Source of the DNA: a virus | Virus record (IMG/VR): IMGVR_UViG_3300009455_000001 | Length of the DNA stretch: 36,958 nucleotides | Direction: 5' to 3' (one strand) | Shown: in pieces, positions 27,025 to 34,818 of the stretch | How positions within the stretch are numbered: position 1 is the stretch's first letter | Layout of the letters: the number at the start of each line of letters is the position of its first letter | Notes under the pieces: generated by a model | Seen by the model: only the letters and a program-made list of their open reading frames with translations | What the model was told of the DNA's origin: nothing | The model's database searches: none | Program-made: the position numbers and the translations under genes

Positions 27025-27365
27025 TTTCGCTCCTTCCGCTTTTAATTCTTATTGTCTTGCTTTTCGTTGCGTTGACTGTATCTGTCTGTTGCCCATTGGC
27101 AATAATTTGTATATGATTTGACATTTTTGACCTGCCTAGGGCTGCAAGACGAAAAGTTTATGCAAGTTTCGCATCCAGAGTGGATTTTCTTTGCGAATTT
27201 ACGATCGGGCAATTCCATAATTGGCTAAGACTTAGCCCCAATTGGCATGTTTTTTATTTCATCCTTCTCAAAAACATTTCTCATGGTTTTAAAAAGCTCT
27301 ACCACCGCCCAATTCTTAAAATTTACTAACATAACTATAAATTACAACATGCACTATATGAATTG

Positions 27366-27536
27366 TCACGCGCGCGTATTGGTTGCGTGAATACCACATC
27401 TAACTCTAATTTCTGCCATTATTTCCGCTAGGTTAGCTTTGGATATTTTTACCTTAGGGTTTCCCAATAATCTGCAAATAATTGCAAGATCGATTTTCTG
27501 CTCGTGTGCGCTGTCTATGATTTGCGAATCGGTCAT
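27366..27536 (-). CDS. Hypothetical small protein (56 aa)
   Basis: Below the ORF-track cutoff; translated by hand (MTDSQIIDSAHEQKIDLAIICRLLGNPKV...); AGAGGG RBS; follows the primase-helicase stop. Confidence 0.4.
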   Translation of the reverse strand: MTDSQIIDSAHEQKIDLAIICRLLGNPKVKISKANLAEIMAEIRVRCGIHATNTRA

Positions 27537-27569
27537 TTTGCCCTCTTTATTTTCTAAATTTTGCCACTT

Positions 27570-29327
27570 CTATGGGATTAAAAACGTCTTCCATTCATCG
27601 CTTTCGCTCAATATTTCAAATCCTCTCCAATCTTCATTAAAAATTATTGGGAGCTCGCCAAGTCGCCCCATTACTCCATGCTTTACTTTTGCAATGGTTA
27701 AAACACTTTCGTTTTTTTTTGCATCCCTCCATATTGTCAACCCATTATCTGCTTTATTGTAAAATTGTGCACTTCCAGCAATATCAAAAAGATTAGGTTT
27801 TGGGTATTCACCATCTTTTCCTCTTTGCATTTTTACTGGGTGCGCAACGAGAAAAACACTAGTCTGTTTGTTTCTCGCTACTTTTTTTAAGTCCATTAAA
27901 TATTTTCTTATATATTCAGTTTCCGTATCATTTTTATCTCGAACAACATCAAGTTCATTCCAAGGATCAATCAATATTCCGTTGTAATCGTTATTTTGCA
28001 TTTCGTCTTTTAGCTGTTCTGGCGTTACCGTCTCTTCTGTCTCTATAATTTTAAAATGCTCATGAAACCACTCGGACTCTCGCTCGAATTCTTCTTTTGA
28101 AATATATTTCCCAAACGTCCTTCGCTTTAGCTTTTTGCTTATCATTCTGTGCTTGATCATACCCTGCGGCCAAGTTTCTGGAATAAACAAAAGCCATTTC
28201 CAATCATATTGAATCGACAAATTTACAATCATCAATTCCGCAAGTTCAGATTTTCCGCTATTTGGTGTTCCAGTTATGATCGTTAATTGTCCAGGCAAAA
28301 GTTTTAGATGTTCGTCCATTTCTTTTCCCATGGAAAGCGATAGTCCTTTTGGATAGCCTTTTTCCCATATTTCCAGCGCGCTTTCATCAAGATTTTCTTT
28401 AGGTATAAAAATTAATTCTTTCCCTTCGGGTTCTTTTATTATTAATTTTATTTCTGGTTCGTGAAGTATGGCATTTTCCACGCATTGCGCTACCGTTAAT
28501 GCAGCGTTTTCTATCTTTAAAAGACATTCTTGCGCGTCTTTGCATGGCAATTCTACTCGATAAAATTTCCCATTCCACTTTTTAAGGAATATTTTTACCA
28601 TTTCTTCCCCTGCTTTATCCATGTCTGCAAAAAGATTTATGCGCTTAAATTTGTTTTTCATTAAAAAATCGTGCATTTCGTAGGTGTATGAGTTTGCGCC
28701 AGCAGGCACAGAAACGCAGTTTTCAAATCCCATCCATGCCAACGCCATTGCATCTTTTTCTCCTTCTGCAATGTTTAAAACTTCGTTTCCTTCTACTAAA
28801 TGCTGGCCGAAAAATGGTTGAGCAGTTTTAGGCTCTTGCTGAAACGTCTTTTCCGAGTCTGAGTTTAGGCGATAGTTGAAACCAGCGATTTCTCCAGTTT
28901 CGAAAATTCGAGGGAATGCGATCCACTCCCTGTCAAATCTTTTGACTAGAGAAACCCCATATTTTGTAAGAATTTCAAATGGTATTCCTTCAAGGGCCCT
29001 AACGTGGCCAAGAAGCCATTTTTGGGTCTTACCCCTCTCAATGTATGGCCTGAATGTTTTCTGGTCTAATTTAGCCCTTTCTGGCCTCTCAAATGGAGAT
29101 TTTCCGTAGTGCTTCATCAGCGAGTAAAGATTCCCCGTCCATCCGCATTTATTCCTGTGGTGACAAATCGCCGCTGTTGTGTCTGCGCTCATGTAAAATT
29201 TGTCCGATTTTCCACAAGATGGGCATGGAAATCGCACTTGATTGTTTGTGATTTTATACGAAATCCCCATCTCCCCTAAGAATCGAATTAACGACTCTCT
29301 GTCGTTTTCGTAGTTTTTCACTTCCAA
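27570..29327 (-). CDS. Bifunctional primase-helicase (T7 gp4-like: Zn ribbon + TOPRIM + DnaB-like P-loop)
   Basis: 585 aa; CPSCGKSDKFYM...CHHRNKC zinc ribbon, TOPRIM IAEGEKDAMAL and FADMDKAGEE, Walker A GTPNSGKS. Confidence 0.85.
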   Translation of the reverse strand: MEVKNYENDRESLIRFLGEMGISYKITNNQVRFPCPSCGKSDKFYMSADTTAAICHHRNKCGWTGNLYSLMKHYGKSPFERPERAKLDQKTFRPYIERGKTQKWLLGHVRALEGIPFEILTKYGVSLVKRFDREWIAFPRIFETGEIAGFNYRLNSDSEKTFQQEPKTAQPFFGQHLVEGNEVLNIAEGEKDAMALAWMGFENCVSVPAGANSYTYEMHDFLMKNKFKRINLFADMDKAGEEMVKIFLKKWNGKFYRVELPCKDAQECLLKIENAALTVAQCVENAILHEPEIKLIIKEPEGKELIFIPKENLDESALEIWEKGYPKGLSLSMGKEMDEHLKLLPGQLTIITGTPNSGKSELAELMIVNLSIQYDWKWLLFIPETWPQGMIKHRMISKKLKRRTFGKYISKEEFERESEWFHEHFKIIETEETVTPEQLKDEMQNNDYNGILIDPWNELDVVRDKNDTETEYIRKYLMDLKKVARNKQTSVFLVAHPVKMQRGKDGEYPKPNLFDIAGSAQFYNKADNGLTIWRDAKKNESVLTIAKVKHGVMGRLGELPIIFNEDWRGFEILSESDEWKTFLIP

Positions 29328-30196
29328 ATCCTTTCCGATTCTGCAAATGGAATTTCAATTTTTTGGCTAGTTATCTTTTGAACCAGTTTTAATTTGTTTT
29401 CTTCTTTCATCAAATCGTCGCGCACTTGACCAAAATGAATTGAAGCGAAGTTGTGCGGGTTTGCTCTCGTCAATCCAGGACGGACAAGGTCCCATCCGTG
29501 CCAAACAGCCCATATCGCGAATGGCGTCGCACCTATGTTTTCCAAGTCGCGTACAACCCTCCCCATTTCGCTTCCTCCTGGGCAAAAATTCCAGTAAACT
29601 TTGACTGCTTCCCAAATTTTATTTTTTTTAGTTTCTTTTTTTTGTCTTTCTGTCTTTGAAATTTCACCAGTCAACCCTTCGTCCGAATCTTGTTCGGACA
29701 AATCTTTCTTTACATTCTTTACATTCTTTACATTCTTGTTTGTGGTTAGTTGCTGGTTAGTTGCTGGTTGGCTGCTGGTTAGTTGTTGGTTGATTTGTTG
29801 GTTAGAATCTTCGTCTAATTGATACTTTTTCCATGAAATTATCGTAAAAATAGTATATTTGTTGGTTGATTTGCTGGTTAATTCGTTGGTTGATTTTAGC
29901 CTGTTTATGCACGTCCGTATCGATTGCTCTCCGATACCTGTTTCTAGGCTCATCGCATCTCTGCCAGAGACAAATTGGCCAGGCAATATTTCAATCCCCT
30001 GCCATTTTTTAGTAGCGTGGTTTGCTTTCATTAAGCAATATATCCAAAAATGCACCATGTTTGGAGTTTTGAACCACTCCCAATCTATTAAAGCTCTATG
30101 AAGCTTCAGCCATCCAGCATCAGACATCTGCAAATTTTCCAATTTGTTTTCTAAAAAACTCCATAATCTTAAATGAGTTTTCTTTTGTAAATTCAA
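29318..30196 (-). CDS. Replisome organiser / replication initiator (winged-helix N-terminal domain), contains the iteron array
   Basis: WLKLHRALIDWEWFKTPNMVHFWIYCLMKANH... typical of phage replication-initiator N-termini. TTG 30196 forms a TTGA overlap with the upstream small ORF; alternative ATG at 30127. Confidence 0.65.
   Translation of the reverse strand: MNLQKKTHLRLWSFLENKLENLQMSDAGWLKLHRALIDWEWFKTPNMVHFWIYCLMKANHATKKWQGIEILPGQFVSGRDAMSLETGIGEQSIRTCINRLKSTNELTSKSTNKYTIFTIISWKKYQLDEDSNQQINQQLTSSQPATNQQLTTNKNVKNVKNVKKDLSEQDSDEGLTGEISKTERQKKETKKNKIWEAVKVYWNFCPGGSEMGRVVRDLENIGATPFAIWAVWHGWDLVRPGLTRANPHNFASIHFGQVRDDLMKEENKLKLVQKITSQKIEIPFAESERIWK
29710..29893. repeat. Putative origin of replication: 3 x TTACATTCT (29710-29736), six tandem 11-12-bp iterons TTGNTGGTTAG (29739-29805), 52-nt AT-rich spacer, three more iterons (29858-29893)
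   Basis: Read directly; all iterons are in the same orientation inside the initiator gene, as with lambda ori inside gene O. Confidence 0.65.
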
Positions 30197-30294
30197 TATT
30201 TCCCGTCTGCTATTTCTGTGACGGCTATGCAGCCGTCAACATCTATTTGAATTTCGATTTTTGAAGATTCGCTTCTCACTTCTAAAGTGTTCAT
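30193..30294 (-). CDS. Hypothetical mini-protein (33 aa)
   Basis: Hand translation MNTLEVRSESSKIEIQIDVDGCIAVTEIADGKY; GAGGTAAAAAATG RBS; stop overlaps the downstream TTG. Confidence 0.35.
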   Translation of the reverse strand: MNTLEVRSESSKIEIQIDVDGCIAVTEIADGKY

Positions 30295-30471
30295 TTTTTA
30301 CCTCAAAATGAGGCAACACCCAATAAACGGAGATTTTCAATTGAAGTCAACTGGTGAGAATTTTATCTATTGAGTGTTGCCAAGTTCATTATAATCTCCG
30401 CGCTGCTTCTCACTGCAGCGGTCTTCCGACCATATAAATTTAAATTGTAAACAAAAAGAAGTCAAGCAAAA

Positions 30472-30963
30472 TTATTTAATCACCAGATTAAACCTAGTTT
30501 CTAAAGTCGCTCCAGGAATTTCCTTGCCTGCTTTTAAAGCATCTTTGATTTCCTGTTTTAAAAGCTCCTTTACCGTCCTAAAATACAACTTTGGAATCAG
30601 CTTCTCGGCTACTATTTGAACGGCTTGACTTTTTCTCCAGCCAATCGCCGCCCATGGACATGATAGCTTTTCCCCTTCTTCTAAATTAGTTTTAAGCCAA
30701 TCAGTTAATCTTTCGGCCTTCGCTTCAAGCGCTCTCCTTCTATCAGCGAGTAATTTTTCTTGTGCCTTTATAGCCGATGATTCTGCCTCAATTTCTTTAA
30801 TGTATCCAGCCAAATTAAGAACCTTCTGCTCGCGAGCTAGTTTTAGACCGTTAAGTTCTTCCTCTAAAGCGCTTGAAATCTCTCCGTCATTTTCTTGGGC
30901 GAAGAATTCCATTCGTTTAATCGCCTCTCGAAATTCTACATTTAATTCAAATAGATTCATCAT
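30472..30963 (-). CDS. Gp157-like protein (siphovirus Gp157 family)
   Basis: MNLFELNVEFREAIKRME...SSALEEELNGLKLAREQK...IKAQEKLLADRRRALEAKAERL pattern; GGAGG RBS before ATGATG (ORF track starts at TTG 30978). Confidence 0.5.
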   Translation of the reverse strand: MMNLFELNVEFREAIKRMEFFAQENDGEISSALEEELNGLKLAREQKVLNLAGYIKEIEAESSAIKAQEKLLADRRRALEAKAERLTDWLKTNLEEGEKLSCPWAAIGWRKSQAVQIVAEKLIPKLYFRTVKELLKQEIKDALKAGKEIPGATLETRFNLVIK

Positions 30964-30973
30964 TACCTCCATA

Positions 30974-31001
30974 AACAAAAAATACCACTCTTTTTGAGTG
31001 G
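30974..31001 (-). terminator. Candidate intrinsic terminator/attenuator after the SSB-like gene
   Basis: Minus strand: CCACTC-AAAAA-GAGTGG hairpin (30985-31001) followed by TATTTTTTGTTT; the stem is only 6 bp. Confidence 0.4.
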
Positions 31002-31041
31002 CATCGTCATAACATTGTCATAGTGTTGTGTCATTCACGTG

Positions 31042-31305
31042 TTAAAATGGGAGGTCGTCATCCATTCCTTGCTTATTGGGGACTCTCTCATTTTTTGTTT
31101 GTGGCCCATTTTCAACCCTTCTCGGCACAGAAATTTTACCTGAAAAAAACATTTGGCCGCCACTTCCTGAAAACTTTTCCCAAAGAGCTATTTCAAGCTC
31201 CTCGCCATTTAAACCTAAAACGCGCCCTTTATATTTTGGTGCGTTTGCCGACTCCGATTTGTTGTAAAATAGTACAACATCTCCAGGTTTTCTCTCGTAT
31301 GCCAT
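31042..31305 (-). CDS. Mini ssDNA-binding-like protein with SSB-type acidic C-terminal tip
   Basis: 87 aa; ends in MDDDLPF (canonical SSB tip is DDDIPF); core NKSESANAPKYKGRV...EIALWEK...FFSGKI resembles DUF736-like OB proteins; lies next to the annealase. Confidence 0.5.
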   Translation of the reverse strand: MAYERKPGDVVLFYNKSESANAPKYKGRVLGLNGEELEIALWEKFSGSGGQMFFSGKISVPRRVENGPQTKNERVPNKQGMDDDLPF

Positions 31306-32042
31306 TATGCTTTCTCCTTCATTCCGTGAACTGATAGTAGTTCAGAGCCATATTTACTTGGCTGGGTCACAAATTCCACTTTAGTTTTCCACGTCATTGC
31401 CTGACGGCAATGCGCTGCGATTGCTTTGTCAAACGTAATTAAAACTGCATTCTCTGTCGCTATTTTAAATAATGTCCACGCCCCTTTAGCGTTTGTGCCA
31501 GTTTTTTCTTCAACGGCATTAACGAATCCAACGAAAGTCCCCATATCGCGCTGTGATTTCGTCTGCCATGGTTTTGCACCACCTGGCGCAGGGTCCGATT
31601 TCTCTGGTAGTTTGTAATTTTCGTCTCGATATTTAGAGCCGTCATAGTTTCCAAAATAAACTTCTGCGCCTACGCCTAGTGCTTTCATCGCTACGCTTAA
31701 CGCATCGGTCACCGCCATCTTGTAACCTTCATCTGAGGCTCGTAAACCTTCGCGTTCTTTGCTTAAAAGTTTGCTTCCTCCAATTCCTGGTATACGTGAT
31801 TCTCCAATTATTAGAGTAACCATCGCGAAACACAAAATCTCATCCCCTATCGCCTCGTTCCATATTTTGTCAATAGCGTATGTCCATCGGTCGCCGCACC
31901 GCCCAAAATTCTCAGTCATGGTCTTCAACCGCCATTGTGGGTTAATATCGGTCATGCCTTGCAGTCTTCCGCCCTTTATCTGCTTTAGATATTCTTTAGG
32001 CGGTCGGGAAACTTTATCCCATAATTCTAAATTTTCGCTCAT
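31305..32042 (-). CDS. Single-strand annealing protein, Rad52/Sak-like (DUF1071-type)
   Basis: GGAGGTAAAAATG start at 32042; INPQWRLKTMTENFG and AVTDALSVAMKALGVGAEVY resemble Sak/Rad52-family motifs; syntenic with the SSB-like and Gp157 genes. Confidence 0.55.
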   Translation of the reverse strand: MSENLELWDKVSRPPKEYLKQIKGGRLQGMTDINPQWRLKTMTENFGRCGDRWTYAIDKIWNEAIGDEILCFAMVTLIIGESRIPGIGGSKLLSKEREGLRASDEGYKMAVTDALSVAMKALGVGAEVYFGNYDGSKYRDENYKLPEKSDPAPGGAKPWQTKSQRDMGTFVGFVNAVEEKTGTNAKGAWTLFKIATENAVLITFDKAIAAHCRQAMTWKTKVEFVTQPSKYGSELLSVHGMKEKA

Positions 32043-32090
32043 TTTTACCTCCAACCATAATTTAACATAACCAAAAAACAGAATTATCAT

Positions 32091-32181
32091 AGAATATTCA
32101 CAGAATTGTATTTTCTTTGGTTACAAAAACATTGCGCAATCGTGACAAATATAGACTCGCTTTAATTATAAATATTCACTC
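32091..32181. promoter_or_regulatory. Divergent intergenic region between the leftward replication operon and rightward ORFs
   Basis: 91-nt gap; plus-oriented GTTACAAA at 32120-32127; GTGACA / TATAAA hexamers. Confidence 0.35.
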
Positions 32182-32388
32182 ATGAAAAATTATATGAGAA
32201 ATTTGATACAAGATATAGATATAAAGATTCTCACCTGGCTTTCCTCCAAAAGACAAGTTTCTTCGCTAGAAGCGTTGTTGCGCTGTGAAATCGAACGGTC
32301 TGAGTATTGGCGGAAAAACGCCGTGCGGTGGCATCGCGAATTTGAGAAATTTTACAACTTATTGCAGCAGGAAAGAAAAGGAAAATGA
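32182..32388 (+). CDS. Hypothetical protein
   Basis: 68-aa ORF, ATGA-coupled to the next ORF. Confidence 0.45.
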   Translation: MKNYMRNLIQDIDIKILTWLSSKRQVSSLEALLRCEIERSEYWRKNAVRWHREFEKFYNLLQQERKGK

Positions 32389-32723
32389 AGCATTCAGATT
32401 TCGATTTTGTGCTAGATATAATATTAGCGCAAATAAAGGTTTTACTTTCCAACAAAGCAAAAGAATACGCAAGCGATAGCGATAGATTCCATAATTTTGT
32501 AGAGGCAGCTAGACAGGATAATATTTCAGTTTTGGAAGCAATGAGGGGTATGGACTTGAAACATAGAATTTCAATTCATGATATTTTAGAGAGCGCTAAA
32601 GAGACGGGAAAATTACCAGAAATCGCCATTGCTAAAGAAAAATACATTGACCATATTAATTATATGCTATTAGAGCTTATTTATATATTAAATGAGAAAG
32701 AACAAGAAATCTTGTCTTTTTAA
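32385..32723 (+). CDS. All-helical protein, possibly DUF1599 / nucleotide-modification-associated type
   Basis: 112 aa; KAKEYASDSDRFHNF...MDLKHRISIHDIL loosely recalls the DUF1599 pattern (K..DYG...F.NF...K..R); weak. Confidence 0.35.
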   Translation: MKHSDFDFVLDIILAQIKVLLSNKAKEYASDSDRFHNFVEAARQDNISVLEAMRGMDLKHRISIHDILESAKETGKLPEIAIAKEKYIDHINYMLLELIYILNEKEQEILSF

Positions 32724-32812
32724 GTTGAATAAATTTTTTGTCGATTTGTTTGTCAATGAAGTGAGGTGTTAATATTTCATTTACTGATGAAGATAAAACG
32801 GAGAAACCGCCT

Positions 32813-33055
32813 TCAAAACCCAAATCCATTCCACCACAACCAGAAAAGAGAGAAAGGACATTTAATATTATCTTCCATAGTCATTAATGAAAGTGACTTA
32901 TGTACTTTACCATGTTCAATATTAGTAAACCAAATGCCCCCACTCAAATTTACTATTTCTTTGCCTTCGCTATTTATTTTAATATCCTTTTCTTTAAACG
33001 TGTGCCGTGTTACGACGTGGACAGCGTTGGAAAACGTGACGGAGTTTTGCGACAT
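32813..33055 (-). pseudogene. Internal fragment of an M.EcoRI-family adenine methyltransferase (gene remnant)
   Basis: INSEGKEIVNLSGGIWFTNIEHGKVHKSLSL parallels M.EcoRI IDSNGNRIISPNNCLWLTNLDVFIRHKDLPL as recalled from memory. No catalytic NPPF region or C-terminal part in any frame. Confidence 0.45.
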
Positions 33056-33067
33056 GACACGTTTTCT

Positions 33068-33376
33068 TCAAACGCTGGACATGTGCCCGTAGGGCGAGTG
33101 CTTTGTATACCTGCGCCAAGCAACTTCTATGAAGGCGAGTGGCCTACCTTTTTCACAAGAAGTACCATCTTTTTCGATAACAAAATCAAGGTCGTGTGAA
33201 TTACCGTATTTGTCAATCCATGAAACTTTCTTCCCTTCTCTCGCACTGCCTCGGTTTCCTTTTGAATCAAGATAGTAGTGGTGTTTTCTGCAAAACTCCG
33301 ATAGAATCGGTTTTACAATTTCTTCCAATAAATTACCGATGACCTGTCCGAAAAGATGTGACGGTGATTCTGCCAT
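33068..33376 (-). pseudogene. Truncated restriction-endonuclease-like ORF, partner of the upstream methyltransferase
   Basis: Starts 3 nt after the MTase stop. HDLDFVIEKD...AFIEVAWRRYTKH is PD-(D/E)XK-like. Only 102 aa, ends at TGA 33068-33070 and is in frame with ORF 32813-33055. Confidence 0.4.
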
Positions 33377-33379
33377 TAA

Positions 33380-34708
33380 TCATCCCCTAATCCAAAGTCG
33401 CCCTTCTTGTAAAGGAACTCGGTGTTTGCGGTTTTTCCATTTTATATTTCTATCTCTTATTTTATCAAAGTCGCAGGAAATAAATCCCGCATTAATGGCA
33501 AGGGCTGAAAACCATTTATCCGCTGGTGCATAGATTCCGTATGGTGCGGAATCGTCAATCACAAAACACATTAATGAATCTTTTTTCATGATTTTTCGCA
33601 ATGCAATGAATGTTTTGGCGATATCCAAATAATATGCTGCAATCATGGTGTGGTAAGTTTTTTTGCCACCTTTTGACAATCTAATTATGGAGAGTTCCTC
33701 ACATACAGAAGACAGTTCAGGTTTAATGGGGTCTATTTCTGGGGAGTTAAGTAGATTGTCAAGCGTAAGTCTTTCAGCCGCTGAATGTTGTGAACACGAA
33801 CGAATCAAATATTTACGGATTTTATCCTGCAAGCCAGCCCATCCATTGAGTTCTCCCCAAAAGAGAAGTTCAAGACGTGTTGCATCAGCATAATCATAAT
33901 TATTGGGGTAAGGTGGTGATGTGATTAATGCGTCAAATTCATAGCTTCCGAATGGTAATATTTCGCGTGCATCATGCTTAAGCAGAGTTGAATGGGTGTG
34001 GACAAACGAAGATTGAGCACAAAGCATGTCTTCTGACATTTGGTTAACTTTTAATGAAAATGCATCGAAAGCGTCAATGACATTACTCTTGGGTTTATTT
34101 GGTAAGATATATTGCCATTGGGCTGTTCCGGCTGTACTTGTGATTCTTAGGATACTTGTTATTGCAAGCCACAAAAGTTCAAATTCTGGAGAATCGTCAT
34201 TGTACTTAAAAAATGCGTCACGAAGAGATTCTAATTTTGATAAATTCTCAAGAGTATAGCATTTGGAAAGTAGTGGGACCGCTTTTAATTTGGATTCAAC
34301 AGGATTCTTTTTGGCAAAATTGAGAAGTTTTATTGACAATTTGCAGAATAAATCAATATTGGCATTCCAGCGGAGTTTCGCAGTGGCGATTCTACTTACA
34401 AACGGATGCGATTCAAAACCAACGGAATTAATGCCAAGGGCGTCAGCACATACCAATACTGTTCCTGAACCAGCAAAAGGGTCGAGAACATAGCAAGAAC
34501 TGTTTAATTTCATTCGCCGCAAAGTTCTTTCAACCCATTCTGCCGAAAATCCTGCTGAATAACGATACCAACGATGAATTGGCAATTTCATATTGTCGGT
34601 AAAAGTGCCTTCGCGCTCTCTAACCAACTCGGGGGCCTCATTTTTGGTTTCGTCGGGTAAAAGCAAAGGCAAAGTTGTCTGGTATGCTACGCTCAAAAGT
34701 ATCTCCAA
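33380..34708 (-). CDS. Type II DNA methyltransferase (N6-adenine or N4-cytosine), motif I before motif IV
   Basis: 442 aa; DPFAGSGT (AdoMet motif I) then, about 190 aa later, TSPPYPNNYDY (motif IV). TTG start at 34708, first ATG at 34591. Confidence 0.8.
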   Translation of the reverse strand: MEILLSVAYQTTLPLLLPDETKNEAPELVREREGTFTDNMKLPIHRWYRYSAGFSAEWVERTLRRMKLNSSCYVLDPFAGSGTVLVCADALGINSVGFESHPFVSRIATAKLRWNANIDLFCKLSIKLLNFAKKNPVESKLKAVPLLSKCYTLENLSKLESLRDAFFKYNDDSPEFELLWLAITSILRITSTAGTAQWQYILPNKPKSNVIDAFDAFSLKVNQMSEDMLCAQSSFVHTHSTLLKHDAREILPFGSYEFDALITSPPYPNNYDYADATRLELLFWGELNGWAGLQDKIRKYLIRSCSQHSAAERLTLDNLLNSPEIDPIKPELSSVCEELSIIRLSKGGKKTYHTMIAAYYLDIAKTFIALRKIMKKDSLMCFVIDDSAPYGIYAPADKWFSALAINAGFISCDFDKIRDRNIKWKNRKHRVPLQEGRLWIRG

Positions 34709-34818
34709 GTCGTTGATTTTTATAGCCTATTACTCATTTCAGCAAATATGCTTCATAAAATACCTAATTGAACGGGTAAAATCCTCATACTATTTTACAC
34801 CGCCGCCTCTTTGTTTTG

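Noticed and set aside
24750-27440. tRNA or other canonical RNA genes in the larger intergenic gaps (24750-24997, 27025-27365, 30197-30471, 32091-32181)
   Set aside because: I could not find a cloverleaf-compatible arrangement or a GTTCGAATC-like T-arm by eye. This is a manual scan only, so tRNAscan-SE/ARAGORN should confirm it.
29710-29893. CRISPR-like or satellite array
   Set aside because: The units are 9-12 bp, contiguous without spacers, and lie inside a replication-initiator ORF. An iteron/origin interpretation fits better.
31023-31334. Plus-strand ORFs 31023-31334, 31076-31267 and 32231-32479 as real genes
   Set aside because: They are antisense to, or overlap, ORFs with clear features (the SSB tip DDDLPF, ATGA-coupled plus ORFs). 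No RBS is present.
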